Shown: piece after piece, positions 37,813-46,837 of the stretch | Layout of the letters: each line of letters starts with the position of its first letter | Position numbering within the stretch: the stretch's first letter is position 1 | Assembly: GCA_035552295.1 (NCBI GenBank) | Contig: DASZLQ010000006.1 | Coordinates: 3,735 to 67,734, forward strand | Direction: 5' to 3' | Source: Mycobacterium sp. | GTDB lineage: Bacteria; Actinomycetota; Actinomycetes; Mycobacteriales; Mycobacteriaceae | Length of the DNA stretch: 64,000 bases | Translations under genes and position numbers: made by a program | The notes under the pieces: model-generated | What the model was told of the DNA's origin: nothing | What the model saw: only the letters and a program-made list of their open reading frames with translations | Databases searched by the model: none

Positions 37813-38595
37813 TTAACCGCCAAAGCCTCCGCCTGGAGACGGAGACCCGAGGACGTTCGCCGGCGCGCCAGGACCCGCACCCGGTGGTCCGCCAGGTCCG
37901 CCGGGCCCGCCAAGACGATCGGCCGCGAAGGCCGCACCCTGGTCAATTATTGGCCCGTTGGTCGAGTACGTGTCATGTGCGGCGAAATTCATCCCGTCAG
38001 CGCAGATCGGGTCCTCGGCAGCGCATAGCTTGATGGTCTTGCCCTGATAGAGCGGGCCGATGACGACCGGCGGCTCGCCGAAGAAGTTCATCGCCTTGTC
38101 GCTTGGCAATGAGAAGAGCACGACCGAGGAGACGTGGTTGGCCACCTCGGGGTCCAACGGTTTGGGCACGGTCGCCGGATCGATCCCATTCGGTACGGCC
38201 GCCGAGGTGACGAAGCCGATCACGGCCGCGCCCTGGGAATAACCGCCGAGCACCATCTTGGTGTTTGGGCAGTCGTGCGCCATCGAAACGACATGAGCGC
38301 CCGCGTCCGTGATGCCGGCCTCGCCCGCGCTCGTCCAGTCATGGGTAGCGGGGTAGTTGACCGGATATACGTCGAGCGACTTTGCGCCAACGCGCGGGCG
38401 CAGGGAGTCGACGAACGCCTGTCCGGTCGGGCCGAGCCCAGGAGGGTCATCGGTGCCGCGAGCGAACACCACCTGAACGTCCGGACACGGATCGGCGGAG
38501 GCGGAAGGGATTGCAGACGCAAGGACGGAAGCGCTAACGCCCGACGCCGCGACTACCGCAGGAGCAAGGAAGCGAGGGATCTGACGCGCGATCAT
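37813..38595 (-). CDS. Secreted cutinase-like protein with Gly/Pro tail
   Basis: Signal peptide ending ASA-DPC; FARGT, GYSQG, DPIC, AH. Confidence 0.92.
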   Translation of the reverse strand: MIARQIPRFLAPAVVAASGVSASVLASAIPSASADPCPDVQVVFARGTDDPPGLGPTGQAFVDSLRPRVGAKSLDVYPVNYPATHDWTSAGEAGITDAGAHVVSMAHDCPNTKMVLGGYSQGAAVIGFVTSAAVPNGIDPATVPKPLDPEVANHVSSVVLFSLPSDKAMNFFGEPPVVIGPLYQGKTIKLCAAEDPICADGMNFAAHDTYSTNGPIIDQGAAFAADRLGGPGGPGGPPGAGPGAPANVLGSPSPGGGFGG

Positions 38596-38689
38596 GCCGC
38601 AGTGTGCCCATTCATGCGATTCCTAAACCGCGACTTTTCAGGCACTGACCGCAATGGACGCGCACCGCCGTAGTGGATCCTGGGACCGG

Positions 38690-39229
38690 TTACCCGCCAG
38701 CGGTCCAGGCCGAGATTCGGGGAATCCAGCGCGGAACGTTCCGGCGGTAGTCGACGTATTCACTGCCGAAGCGCCCAACGAGATGGGGCTCTTCCCAGAC
38801 CCGAATGGCTGTCGCCTGGAACGCGAAGAAGATCGCGAACCATCCCAGCAGCGCGGCGGAGGCGGTAATAGCCGCTTCCCCCAGCAGGATGCAGAGCACG
38901 CCGGTGATCATCGGATTGCGCACGTGTCGGTAGGGCCCCCGCACGACGAGGTGGACCGGCTCGCCCATGACATTGCCCAGCCCAAGCGTGCCCTTGCCCA
39001 CTCGGTCGAACAGCACCACCGTCCAGATCAGCAAGCCCAAACCGGCGGCGATCAGTAAGCAACCGACGGTCACCAGTCCGACCGTGAGTGCGGCACCGAG
39101 ATGCGGTAACCGCACGCCAGCGGGAAGCATGATCAGGGCCGGGACGACGAGCGTCACCGCCACCGGGAAAAGCAGGACAGACATCAGGTGTCGCCACCAA
39201 AGGCGTCGTTCTCGCACGTTCGTCACCAT
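38690..39229 (-). CDS. Isoprenylcysteine carboxyl methyltransferase/PEMT-family membrane protein
   Basis: GPYRHVRNPM, EEPHL...FG..Y..YR..VPRW; GGAGG RBS. Confidence 0.88.
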   Translation of the reverse strand: MVTNVRERRLWWRHLMSVLLFPVAVTLVVPALIMLPAGVRLPHLGAALTVGLVTVGCLLIAAGLGLLIWTVVLFDRVGKGTLGLGNVMGEPVHLVVRGPYRHVRNPMITGVLCILLGEAAITASAALLGWFAIFFAFQATAIRVWEEPHLVGRFGSEYVDYRRNVPRWIPRISAWTAGG

Positions 39230-39250
39230 GGCTTCCTCCTGGAACGATAT

Positions 39251-39320
39251 TACTTCAACCAGCGTTGAACAATTCGAGCTTACGCCAGATCGGGACGATT
39301 GGTCAACGTGCGTTGAAGTA
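39251..39320. promoter_or_regulatory. Two TetR operators TCAAC-N4-GTTGA in a divergent promoter
   Basis: TTCAACcagcGTTGAA at 39254-39269 and GTCAACgtgcGTTGAA at 39302-39317. Confidence 0.7.
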
Positions 39321-39331
39321 TGCTGTCGCAC

Positions 39332-39931
39332 ATGTCGGAGCCGCGGCGCGCGGGCCGGTGGCGCACCGGTCAACAAAACAGGCAGCGCATCATCGACGCG
39401 GCGCGCGAACGCTTCATGCGCGAGGGATACGAGCGGGCCACCGTCCGCGCCATTGCCGCCGATGCCGGGGTGGACGTCGCAATGGTCTATTACTTTTTCG
39501 ACAGCAAAGAAGGGCTTTTCACGGCGTCCGCGCTTACCGGGCCCGAGCACCCCCTGCACCAGCTGGCTGCGCTACTCGACGAGGGGACCGAGCAGATCGG
39601 CCCGAGGCTGGTGCGCCGATTCCTCGAGCACTGGGAGGAAGGCGGCGTCTTCGAGCCATTCTTGACGCTGTGGCGTTCGGCGGCGATCCACCCTCAGGCG
39701 CGAAAAGTGCTGCACGACAGCCTTGCCGGCCCGATCGCCGAGCGGGTCGCGACGGAGCTCGGGGTGGCTGATGCCGAACTCCGGGTCGAACTGGTGGCCA
39801 GCCATCTGGCGGGGCTGGCGTTCGCGCGTTACCAGCTGAGGATCGAGCCGATCGCGTCGGCACCGATCGAGGATTTGGTCGTCTGGCTGGGGCCGACCGT
39901 GCAGCGGTATCTCACAGCTCCGACCCCGTAG
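39332..39931 (+). CDS. TetR-family regulator
   Basis: TVRAIAADAGVDVAMVYYFFDSKEGLF; TATGCT -10 seven nt before ATG 39332 (alternative start 39320). Confidence 0.9.
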   Translation: MSEPRRAGRWRTGQQNRQRIIDAARERFMREGYERATVRAIAADAGVDVAMVYYFFDSKEGLFTASALTGPEHPLHQLAALLDEGTEQIGPRLVRRFLEHWEEGGVFEPFLTLWRSAAIHPQARKVLHDSLAGPIAERVATELGVADAELRVELVASHLAGLAFARYQLRIEPIASAPIEDLVVWLGPTVQRYLTAPTP

Positions 39932-39934
39932 CTC

Positions 39935-40717
39935 TCAGGTCCCCGTCCAGCGCGGCGGGCGCTTCTCCGCGAACGCGATCGCACCTTCTTTGGCGTCGTT
40001 CGACGAGAACACCGGAGCCAGAATCCTTATCTGCTCGGTGAACATGGTGTCCCGGCTCCAGCCCCGGGATTCGGTGATGATCCGCTTGGTGGCCGCCACC
40101 GCGAGCGGCCCGTTGGCGGTGATCTTCTCCGCCAACTCGATTGCCGCATCCAGCGCCTTGCCCGGCTCAGCCAAGACGTTGACCAGGCCCAGCTCGTGAG
40201 CGCGTTGGGCCGAGAGATTATCGCCGGTCAGCGCGAGCTCCATGGCGATGGCGTAGGGGATGCGTTCGGGCAGCCGGAGCAATCCCCCACCGCCGGCCAC
40301 CAGGCCACGTTTGACCTCGGGAATACCGAACGCCGAGTCCTTGGAGGCGACGATCAGGTCGGTGGCCAACGCCAGCTCGGTGCCGCCGGCCAAGGCGAAT
40401 CCTTCCACCGCGGCGATGAGTGGTTTGGCCGGTGGACGTTCGGTGAACCCCATGCCGCGGCCCTCGACGACGACGTTCTCGCCCCGGGCGAACGCCTTGA
40501 GATCCATACCCGCGCAGAACGAGCCGCCCGCGCCGGTCAGGATCGCCACCGAAAGGCCGTTATCGCTGTCGAGCCGATCCACGGCGTCGGCCAACCCCCG
40601 GCTGACGGCCGCGTTGACGGCGTTCTTGGCCTTCGGCCGGTTAATCGTGATGATCAGTATCCGATCCCGTTGCTCGACGAGAACTTCGGGTTCGGGGTTG
40701 GCGGATTCGTCGCTCAC
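39935..40717 (-). CDS. echA1: Enoyl-CoA hydratase EchA1
   Basis: FCAGMDL, GGTEL, PEVKRGL; synteny with Rv0222. Confidence 0.88.
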   Translation of the reverse strand: MSDESANPEPEVLVEQRDRILIITINRPKAKNAVNAAVSRGLADAVDRLDSDNGLSVAILTGAGGSFCAGMDLKAFARGENVVVEGRGMGFTERPPAKPLIAAVEGFALAGGTELALATDLIVASKDSAFGIPEVKRGLVAGGGGLLRLPERIPYAIAMELALTGDNLSAQRAHELGLVNVLAEPGKALDAAIELAEKITANGPLAVAATKRIITESRGWSRDTMFTEQIRILAPVFSSNDAKEGAIAFAEKRPPRWTGT

Positions 40718-40803
40718 GGTGCTGCGAGGCTCCTTTGAATCGCAGTGGCTGGTACCCGGACGATGGTAACGGCCGCTGCGCCAGGAACTTCGGCGACCGC
40801 CGG

Positions 40804-42213
40804 TCAGGCCGGCGCCATGGCGGCCTCGATGACCGTTAGCCCTTCGGAAAGTCCTGCGGCCCTGCGTATTTCGATGAAATCCGAGATCATGGCCTCGGTC
40901 ACCTCGTGCGGGTCCTTGACGGTGGCACCATCGGCGAGCACCGAGATGTTGATCTGATCGACGTAACTCCACACGGTTATGTTGAGGCCGCTGCCGGCGG
41001 TCAACGGCCCCACCGAATAAATCTCGGTGACCAAGGCGCCGCCCACCCGTCCGCGCTCGCGGGGTCCGGGAACGTTGGAGATGTTCAGATTGAGCACCTT
41101 GTTCTGTCCGTCACGGCTGGACGCCCAACGGAAAAATGCTTCCGTTCCCGCCGGCGGCAGGTAGGCGGCCCAACGGCTGACCAGCTCCGGACCCATGAGC
41201 TGGTGGCCCTCCTTGGCCGAGATGGCGTTCTCGTGGCTGTACCGCACCCGTTCCAGGGGGTCGTCGGCATCGGTTGGCAGGGCTACCAGCATTCCGCTGA
41301 AGCGGTTCCCCGAGATCCGCTCCGGCGAGAAGTCGAAGCTCACCGGGACCGACGCCAGCAGCGGTTCCGCCTTCCCGTCGTACCGCAAGAGCAACGTGCG
41401 CAGCGCCCCGGTGGACATGGCAAGCACCATGTCGTTGATGGTCGCGCCGAGCCGCTTGCCGGTCTCCTTGACGTCGGCCAGCGCCAGCGTGACGGTGGCG
41501 AACCTGCGCTCCGGGGTGATCATGTGGTTCATGAAGGTCGCCGGCGGCTCGAACGGACGGCTCAGTTCCGGTGAGAGCTTGCGCGAGCTGCGCCGCACCC
41601 GGCCGATGCCCTGGGCGGTATAGCGGAATGTTCCCGGGAGCTTACCGAACTGCCGCAGGTGATCGGCGAACGCCGAGGCCATCAGCTGCCGTTTGGTGGG
41701 GGCCGGGTCATTCGGCGGCGGACCACCCTCCGGTGTGGGCAGCAGGTCCATACCCCGCGCCAGCAGATTGGCCGAGGCGACGCCGTCGGCCAGCGCGTGG
41801 TGAATCTTGCCGACTACGGCAACCCGGTTGTTGGCCAAGCCCTCGATGAAGTACATCTCCCACAGCGGTCGATCGCGGTCCAGCGGGGTGCTGGCAATCC
41901 GTCCGATCGCCTCGTCCAACTCGCGGCGCCCGCCCGGCGCCGGCAGCCGCCACGGGCGGATGTGGTAGGCCAGGTCGACCACGCAGTGCTCCCGCCACAT
42001 CGGGTGGTGAAACTTCCACGGGATGTCAACGAGCTGATAGCAAAACGGCTCGAGCTTGTTCAGCCGGGCGCCGATCACTCGGCGAAACGACTCGAGATCG
42101 AGGCGGCGGCTGTCCGGGTCCAGCTCGATCACCGCGGCTTTGATGGTGTGCATGTGCACGTTCGGCGTCTCGCTGTACAGAAGTACCGCGTCCCAGCCGC
42201 TCAGCCGTTTCAC
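40804..42213 (-). CDS. Wax ester/triacylglycerol synthase (Rv0221-like)
   Basis: HHALADG motif, SNVPGP. Confidence 0.93.
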   Translation of the reverse strand: MKRLSGWDAVLLYSETPNVHMHTIKAAVIELDPDSRRLDLESFRRVIGARLNKLEPFCYQLVDIPWKFHHPMWREHCVVDLAYHIRPWRLPAPGGRRELDEAIGRIASTPLDRDRPLWEMYFIEGLANNRVAVVGKIHHALADGVASANLLARGMDLLPTPEGGPPPNDPAPTKRQLMASAFADHLRQFGKLPGTFRYTAQGIGRVRRSSRKLSPELSRPFEPPATFMNHMITPERRFATVTLALADVKETGKRLGATINDMVLAMSTGALRTLLLRYDGKAEPLLASVPVSFDFSPERISGNRFSGMLVALPTDADDPLERVRYSHENAISAKEGHQLMGPELVSRWAAYLPPAGTEAFFRWASSRDGQNKVLNLNISNVPGPRERGRVGGALVTEIYSVGPLTAGSGLNITVWSYVDQINISVLADGATVKDPHEVTEAMISDFIEIRRAAGLSEGLTVIEAAMAPA

Positions 42214-42256
42214 CGCTGCCCCTTGCCCATAGGGGGACCATACTCAGCGCGCGAGC

Positions 42257-43459
42257 TCAGATAACCTCTTTCGTCCCGATAGTCTTGGCGCGGTAGACCT
42301 GGTTGAGGAACAGTGATGTCGCGTGGGCCATCACGACGGCCCGCTCACCGTCAATGAGGTCGAAGCCGTGGCCTGCTCCGGGCAACTCCAGGTAGCCGAC
42401 CATCGAATGCGAGACCGCCCGTAGCCGCTCGACAAAGCTGCGAGCCTGCTCGACGGGTATGACGCTGTCCTTACTGCCGTGAATCACCAAGAACGGTGGA
42501 GCATTCCGGTGCACCCGCGCGATCGGTGACGCGTCGCGGAACACCTCGGGGTGCCGGGTGATCGACTTCTTGACAACCACCCGCTCCAGGAAGTTCACGA
42601 AGCGGTCCCGCTCGGGAGTCGAACGGTCCTCCCAGTCGTAACGACCATAGATCCCGACCACCGCATCCACCGAGCTGTCGGCGCCCTCCGGCAGCTTCGC
42701 CCGGAGTTGAGGGTCGTCGGGGGTGAGCCCGGCCAGCGCGGACAGGTGCCCGCCGGCCGAACAACCGGCCACCGCAACGAAATTGCGGTCACCGCCGAAC
42801 TTGTCGACGTTGGCGCGCGCCCACGAGATGGCGGTCTTGACATCGGTGATGTGACGCGGCCAGCGGTGGTGTGGCGCGACGCGGTAGTCGATCGCCAGGC
42901 ACACCCACCCCTGCTCGGCCAACCGTGACATCAGGGCAGACCCCTGCAGCGCGCTCCTGCCGTGTACCCAGGCGCCGCCCGGGACGAAGATCAGCACCGG
43001 CGCGGGTTGCGCCGGCAGATCCTTGCGGCGCCAGACATCGAGCACCTGCGCCGGGTGATCCCCGTAGTGGACTGCACGGCGGTAGAGATAGCGGCGTTGC
43101 CGCAGCGCCTCCCAAATCGGCGGTGTCCGCTCTGCCGCGGGCCATTCGGTTTCCAGATCCGCGGCTGACACCACCCCTCGCAAGGCAGCGACGGAGACCT
43201 GGTGCGTGCTCTCCCGATCCCGCCGGCGCTCGTCGTTGATGCCCGGTGTCAGCCAATCCTTTTTCATGGCGGATATCGCGTTGGGTGCGTGGCGGACACC
43301 CCACACACCCATAGCGGTCATGCCACCCAGGGGTTCAAGATGCTTGCCGATGACCGGCAGCGAAGCTCCGGCAACACTTAACGCCAGCATGTAATCGCCG
43401 GGCCGGGCCCGCAGCAACCACTTCATACAGGGTGTCATGCTCGGTACCCTTGCCGTCAT
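42257..43459 (-). CDS. lipC: Esterase LipC
   Basis: PGGAW, GCSAG, HGSKD, GHGFD; synteny with Rv0220; start approximate. Confidence 0.88.
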   Translation of the reverse strand: MTARVPSMTPCMKWLLRARPGDYMLALSVAGASLPVIGKHLEPLGGMTAMGVWGVRHAPNAISAMKKDWLTPGINDERRRDRESTHQVSVAALRGVVSAADLETEWPAAERTPPIWEALRQRRYLYRRAVHYGDHPAQVLDVWRRKDLPAQPAPVLIFVPGGAWVHGRSALQGSALMSRLAEQGWVCLAIDYRVAPHHRWPRHITDVKTAISWARANVDKFGGDRNFVAVAGCSAGGHLSALAGLTPDDPQLRAKLPEGADSSVDAVVGIYGRYDWEDRSTPERDRFVNFLERVVVKKSITRHPEVFRDASPIARVHRNAPPFLVIHGSKDSVIPVEQARSFVERLRAVSHSMVGYLELPGAGHGFDLIDGERAVVMAHATSLFLNQVYRAKTIGTKEVI

Positions 43460-43570
43460 GTAGGGGACTGTACCCCCGCGGAGTCGGCGGAAACTGACGA
43501 ATCCGTTAGCCATGTCACTTTGGTCCAAAGCCGCGCGGATTGCGGTTTGCTGCTGACAGCGTCTCCGCTG

Positions 43571-44089
43571 TTAACTGTCATTTGGTTGTTCTCTGGATGT
43601 GGGTCGTCGACACGCCACGGCAAGTCGCGTGGCGTAGGCGACGGCGCTGACGGCGAACATGGCCGCGGTGAGCAGTAGCCATCTGCCCAGGAACGGCTGC
43701 TGGGTCTGCCCGGTGGCCGCCTGATAGGTGGCCCCGCCCTGTTCGATGATGCCCGGCAAGAAAATCAGTAGGGTCAGTCCCGCTCCCAGGGCCGGGACCC
43801 GAATGTAGTTGCGGGCGAGCACTTTTGGGTGGCTCAGCCGGCGATTGGTACGCGTTGAAACCACCCGGTCGGCCAGTGCGTACAGCGGAAAAAGCACCAA
43901 GTCGTGACCGACGACGGCGGCGGCGAACCAGACGGCGATCGACTGCCACCAGGTGCCCGGGTTCCACAGCGTCGCCGGCTTGAAGGTGGCCACGATGTAG
44001 CCCAGCAGCGCGAAGCCGGACGCCATCGTCAGCAGATGCAACGGATGAGAACCGTAGACTGCACTGAAACGTGTTGGGAATCGCGGCAT
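43571..44089 (-). CDS. Membrane protein (Rv0219-like)
   Basis: Four hydrophobic helices, HDLVLFPLY, NYIRVP; synteny. Confidence 0.8.
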   Translation of the reverse strand: MPRFPTRFSAVYGSHPLHLLTMASGFALLGYIVATFKPATLWNPGTWWQSIAVWFAAAVVGHDLVLFPLYALADRVVSTRTNRRLSHPKVLARNYIRVPALGAGLTLLIFLPGIIEQGGATYQAATGQTQQPFLGRWLLLTAAMFAVSAVAYATRLAVACRRPTSREQPNDS

Positions 44090-44090
44090 C

Positions 44091-45383
44091 TCAACTCGTC
44101 TCGAATTCGATGGACGCCACCCATTTGGTGTTGTGCACGCCAGGCAGGGCGGGAACAATGATCCGGGCCGGATAGCCGTGGTCCAACGACAAGTCGGCAC
44201 CGTTCACCCTCAGCGCCAGCAGCGCATCGGGATCGCGAATCTGGTTGGCTTGCAACGTCGCCGCACCGAAGGCACCGCCTCGTTGCAGCGACGTCACCCG
44301 CGCCGAGCGCGGCGCGGGCACGCCCGCGATTCGGGCCAGCTCGGCCAGCCGCACGCCGCTCCAGGTCTGCACCGTCGACCACCCTTCGACGCAGGCGATC
44401 GGCAGCCGCGCGCTGGTTTGCGACATACCGGCCAGCATGGCGCGATCCAGCACCACCTCCGAAGGGCCGCCGCGCAGAGTCAAAACCCAACTCGCGCTGA
44501 CACTCTCGGGCCCGATTCCGGCGGCGACGGCGGTTTTGTTGACCGGGAAGTCGCCGCGGCCTCGCCCGCGCGGCAGCAGTAGGGCGGCGCCGCGGGCGCC
44601 CCCGCCGATGGTCTGTCCGACAGTCAACGCGGCGATCAGCGCCACACCGGAGCCGACCAGCGCCAGCGCACCGCGCCTGCTCATTGTCGGTTCGGCCGGA
44701 TCGGCGGCCACCAGCCCGGCGGGATCGGGCGACTGCGGCCGGGTATCGCTGCGGCTGGTGCGCAGTACATCTCGCATCGGCAGCGACCGCAACCCGCTCA
44801 CCATGTGCGGAATCTTGATCACGATATGCATTGCGAAACCGACGATGAACACCCAAGCCCCGAAATAGTGGGCGGTGTAGAAGCTGAACCCGAAGATGTA
44901 GTCGTACTGGATGTTGAGCACACCGGTGACGATCTCGAACAACAGCCCGCCGACCAGCATCAACAACGACAACCGTTCCAGCACTTGAGCAATCGATCTA
45001 GACGGCGGCCAGACGAACAGCCGCGGGATCACCGACCACAGCTTGGCCAGCACCACCGGGATAGTCACCAGGCCCAGCCCGACGTGCAGACCCTGGGTCA
45101 GCCGGTACAGCCACGACGGACGGGTGGGCCAGATGAAGGCGGGCAGGCGCAGCCAACCGACATCGCCAGGGATCGCCTGCCCGAATTGCGGCGCATAGGC
45201 GATGTAAGACAACAGCCCGGTGACGACGACTATCGGCAGTGTCACCAAGAGCACCAGCCCGAATACCGACGTCAACCACGGGCCACGTAGCGGGCTTCGA
45301 AACCGCGCCAGCCGCTGCACACCCGGCGGCGGGTGGCGGTCCATACCGCTCCACAACTTGGCGGGAAAGCCGTACCCGTTCAC
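44091..45383 (-). CDS. Membrane-anchored sulfite-oxidase-family molybdopterin oxidoreductase (Rv0218-like)
   Basis: N-terminal TM domain with His residues; PIACVEGWS, DHGYPARII, TKWV. Confidence 0.88.
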   Translation of the reverse strand: MNGYGFPAKLWSGMDRHPPPGVQRLARFRSPLRGPWLTSVFGLVLLVTLPIVVVTGLLSYIAYAPQFGQAIPGDVGWLRLPAFIWPTRPSWLYRLTQGLHVGLGLVTIPVVLAKLWSVIPRLFVWPPSRSIAQVLERLSLLMLVGGLLFEIVTGVLNIQYDYIFGFSFYTAHYFGAWVFIVGFAMHIVIKIPHMVSGLRSLPMRDVLRTSRSDTRPQSPDPAGLVAADPAEPTMSRRGALALVGSGVALIAALTVGQTIGGGARGAALLLPRGRGRGDFPVNKTAVAAGIGPESVSASWVLTLRGGPSEVVLDRAMLAGMSQTSARLPIACVEGWSTVQTWSGVRLAELARIAGVPAPRSARVTSLQRGGAFGAATLQANQIRDPDALLALRVNGADLSLDHGYPARIIVPALPGVHNTKWVASIEFETS

Positions 45384-46030
45384 ATGGCCACCAGGCTGGC
45401 AACCACCCGGCCGCCGATCAGACTGACGGTGGTCAGCGTCAGACCCACCTGCGCGGCCAGCGCGGCGGCGCTGTCCACCCCGACCGACGCCCACCGAAAC
45501 CACGGTCCGATATCGTGGCCCGACTCCAGTCGCACCCAGCGCGATCGGATGCCGATGGCTTCGGCGTCGAACTCGGCCACGCATCGGCCGCCGCGGCCCA
45601 GCAGCTCGGCCGCGCGACTCAGTATCCGGCGCGGGTCACCGCCGAGGCCGACGTTGCCGTCGACCAGCAGAACCGTCTGCCATCGACCCATCCCCGGCAG
45701 CGGCTCGAACACATCGCCCAGCATGGCAGGCGCGCCGCCGCGGCCGGCCAAACGGATCGCGGTCACAGACCGATCGATGCCGAGCGCGGGTATCCCCCGC
45801 TGAATGAGCCGCGCGACCAGGCGTCCGGGCCCGCACCCCAGCTCGATCGTCGGACCGATGCACATCTGCGTGACGGCTTCGTCGAACACCTCATCGAAGG
45901 CGTCCCCGGAGCCATCGGGACATCGAGCGCCCAACCAGCGATGAGCCGGCAGCACGCGGAGCTCACCGTCCTCGTGACGAATCCAACATCGCTCACCGCC
46001 GAGCGCCCGTTCGTAGAGATGCCCCAGCAT
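45380..46030 (-). CDS. Class I SAM-dependent methyltransferase
   Basis: IELGCGPGR, DGNVGLGG; GTGA overlap with the next gene. Confidence 0.85.
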   Translation of the reverse strand: MLGHLYERALGGERCWIRHEDGELRVLPAHRWLGARCPDGSGDAFDEVFDEAVTQMCIGPTIELGCGPGRLVARLIQRGIPALGIDRSVTAIRLAGRGGAPAMLGDVFEPLPGMGRWQTVLLVDGNVGLGGDPRRILSRAAELLGRGGRCVAEFDAEAIGIRSRWVRLESGHDIGPWFRWASVGVDSAAALAAQVGLTLTTVSLIGGRVVASLVAM

Positions 46031-46292
46031 TTCACGCCTCTCGCATCGTGCCCGGCCAGGCGGCCCGGACGCCTCGCCCCCGTCGGGGACGTTACAACGA
46101 ACTCGCATCGCCGAACTGCAGATCTCTACGAGATACACCAGCATTCGGATCACCCGGATCGATACCCCGATCTCGGCTCGGCTAACCCAGCCCGGCCAAG
46201 GCCGCGCAACCGATGGGGCGAGATCGCTCACGCGAGTGATTCGGTGCCGAAGCAAGCCCGGATGGGTACTTGAGCGCCGTGGTGTCGCGGCA

Positions 46293-46461
46293 CCGGACGT
46301 AAGCCGCTCAGGTGACCGCCACCCAGACCGGGTCGAACAGCAAAAAGACCCAGAAGGCCGCGATCGCCGGCTTGGCGGCCCGGCGCACCGCAAGACGACG
46401 TTGATGCCTCGACCGCCCAGCGCGCGCCAATCGCGCCCGCGATGCCGCTCAGCGCGCCCGC
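46293..46461 (-). pseudogene. Degraded C-terminal fragment of a NarK-type nitrate/nitrite MFS transporter
   Basis: Read across frameshifts: AGALSGIAGAIGA / ALGGRGINVVLR / AAFWVFLLFDPVWVAVT*AAYVR; directly after nirD. Confidence 0.65.
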
Positions 46462-46477
46462 GATATGTGATTCCTCG

Positions 46478-46837
46478 TTAAACCGGGTGGGAGAGCGCGC
46501 CGTTGCGCTGTGGATGATCTGGCTGGCCGTCCATCCGCAGGTGGACCGTTCCGATGTTGTCGGCGTACACGGGATACGCGGTCACCGGCGCGCCGCCGTT
46601 GGCGACCTCGGATCCGGTTGCTAGGTCGTAGGTGAAGTTGTGCAGCGGGCACACGACGACGTGAGCGTCGGTGAGCCCGTCAGCCAATGGGCCGCCGCGG
46701 TGCGGACATACGGCGTCAAGTGCGCGCAACGAGCCGTCCCGCAGTCGGAAGACCGCGATCTGGTGACCTTCGACCGCGTAGGCGCGGCCCTCACCAACCG
46801 GGATGTCGTCAACTGGGCCCAACGTGATGTCGCTCAT
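46478..46837 (-). CDS. nirD: Nitrite reductase small subunit (Rieske)
   Basis: CPHRGGPL...CPLH; ATGA overlap with nirB. Confidence 0.88.
   Translation of the reverse strand: MSDITLGPVDDIPVGEGRAYAVEGHQIAVFRLRDGSLRALDAVCPHRGGPLADGLTDAHVVVCPLHNFTYDLATGSEVANGGAPVTAYPVYADNIGTVHLRMDGQPDHPQRNGALSHPV

Noticed and set aside
37813-37910. Gly/Pro-rich tract as a PE_PGRS or collagen-like fragment
   Set aside because: It is a short in-frame tail of the cutinase with no PE domain or sustained periodicity
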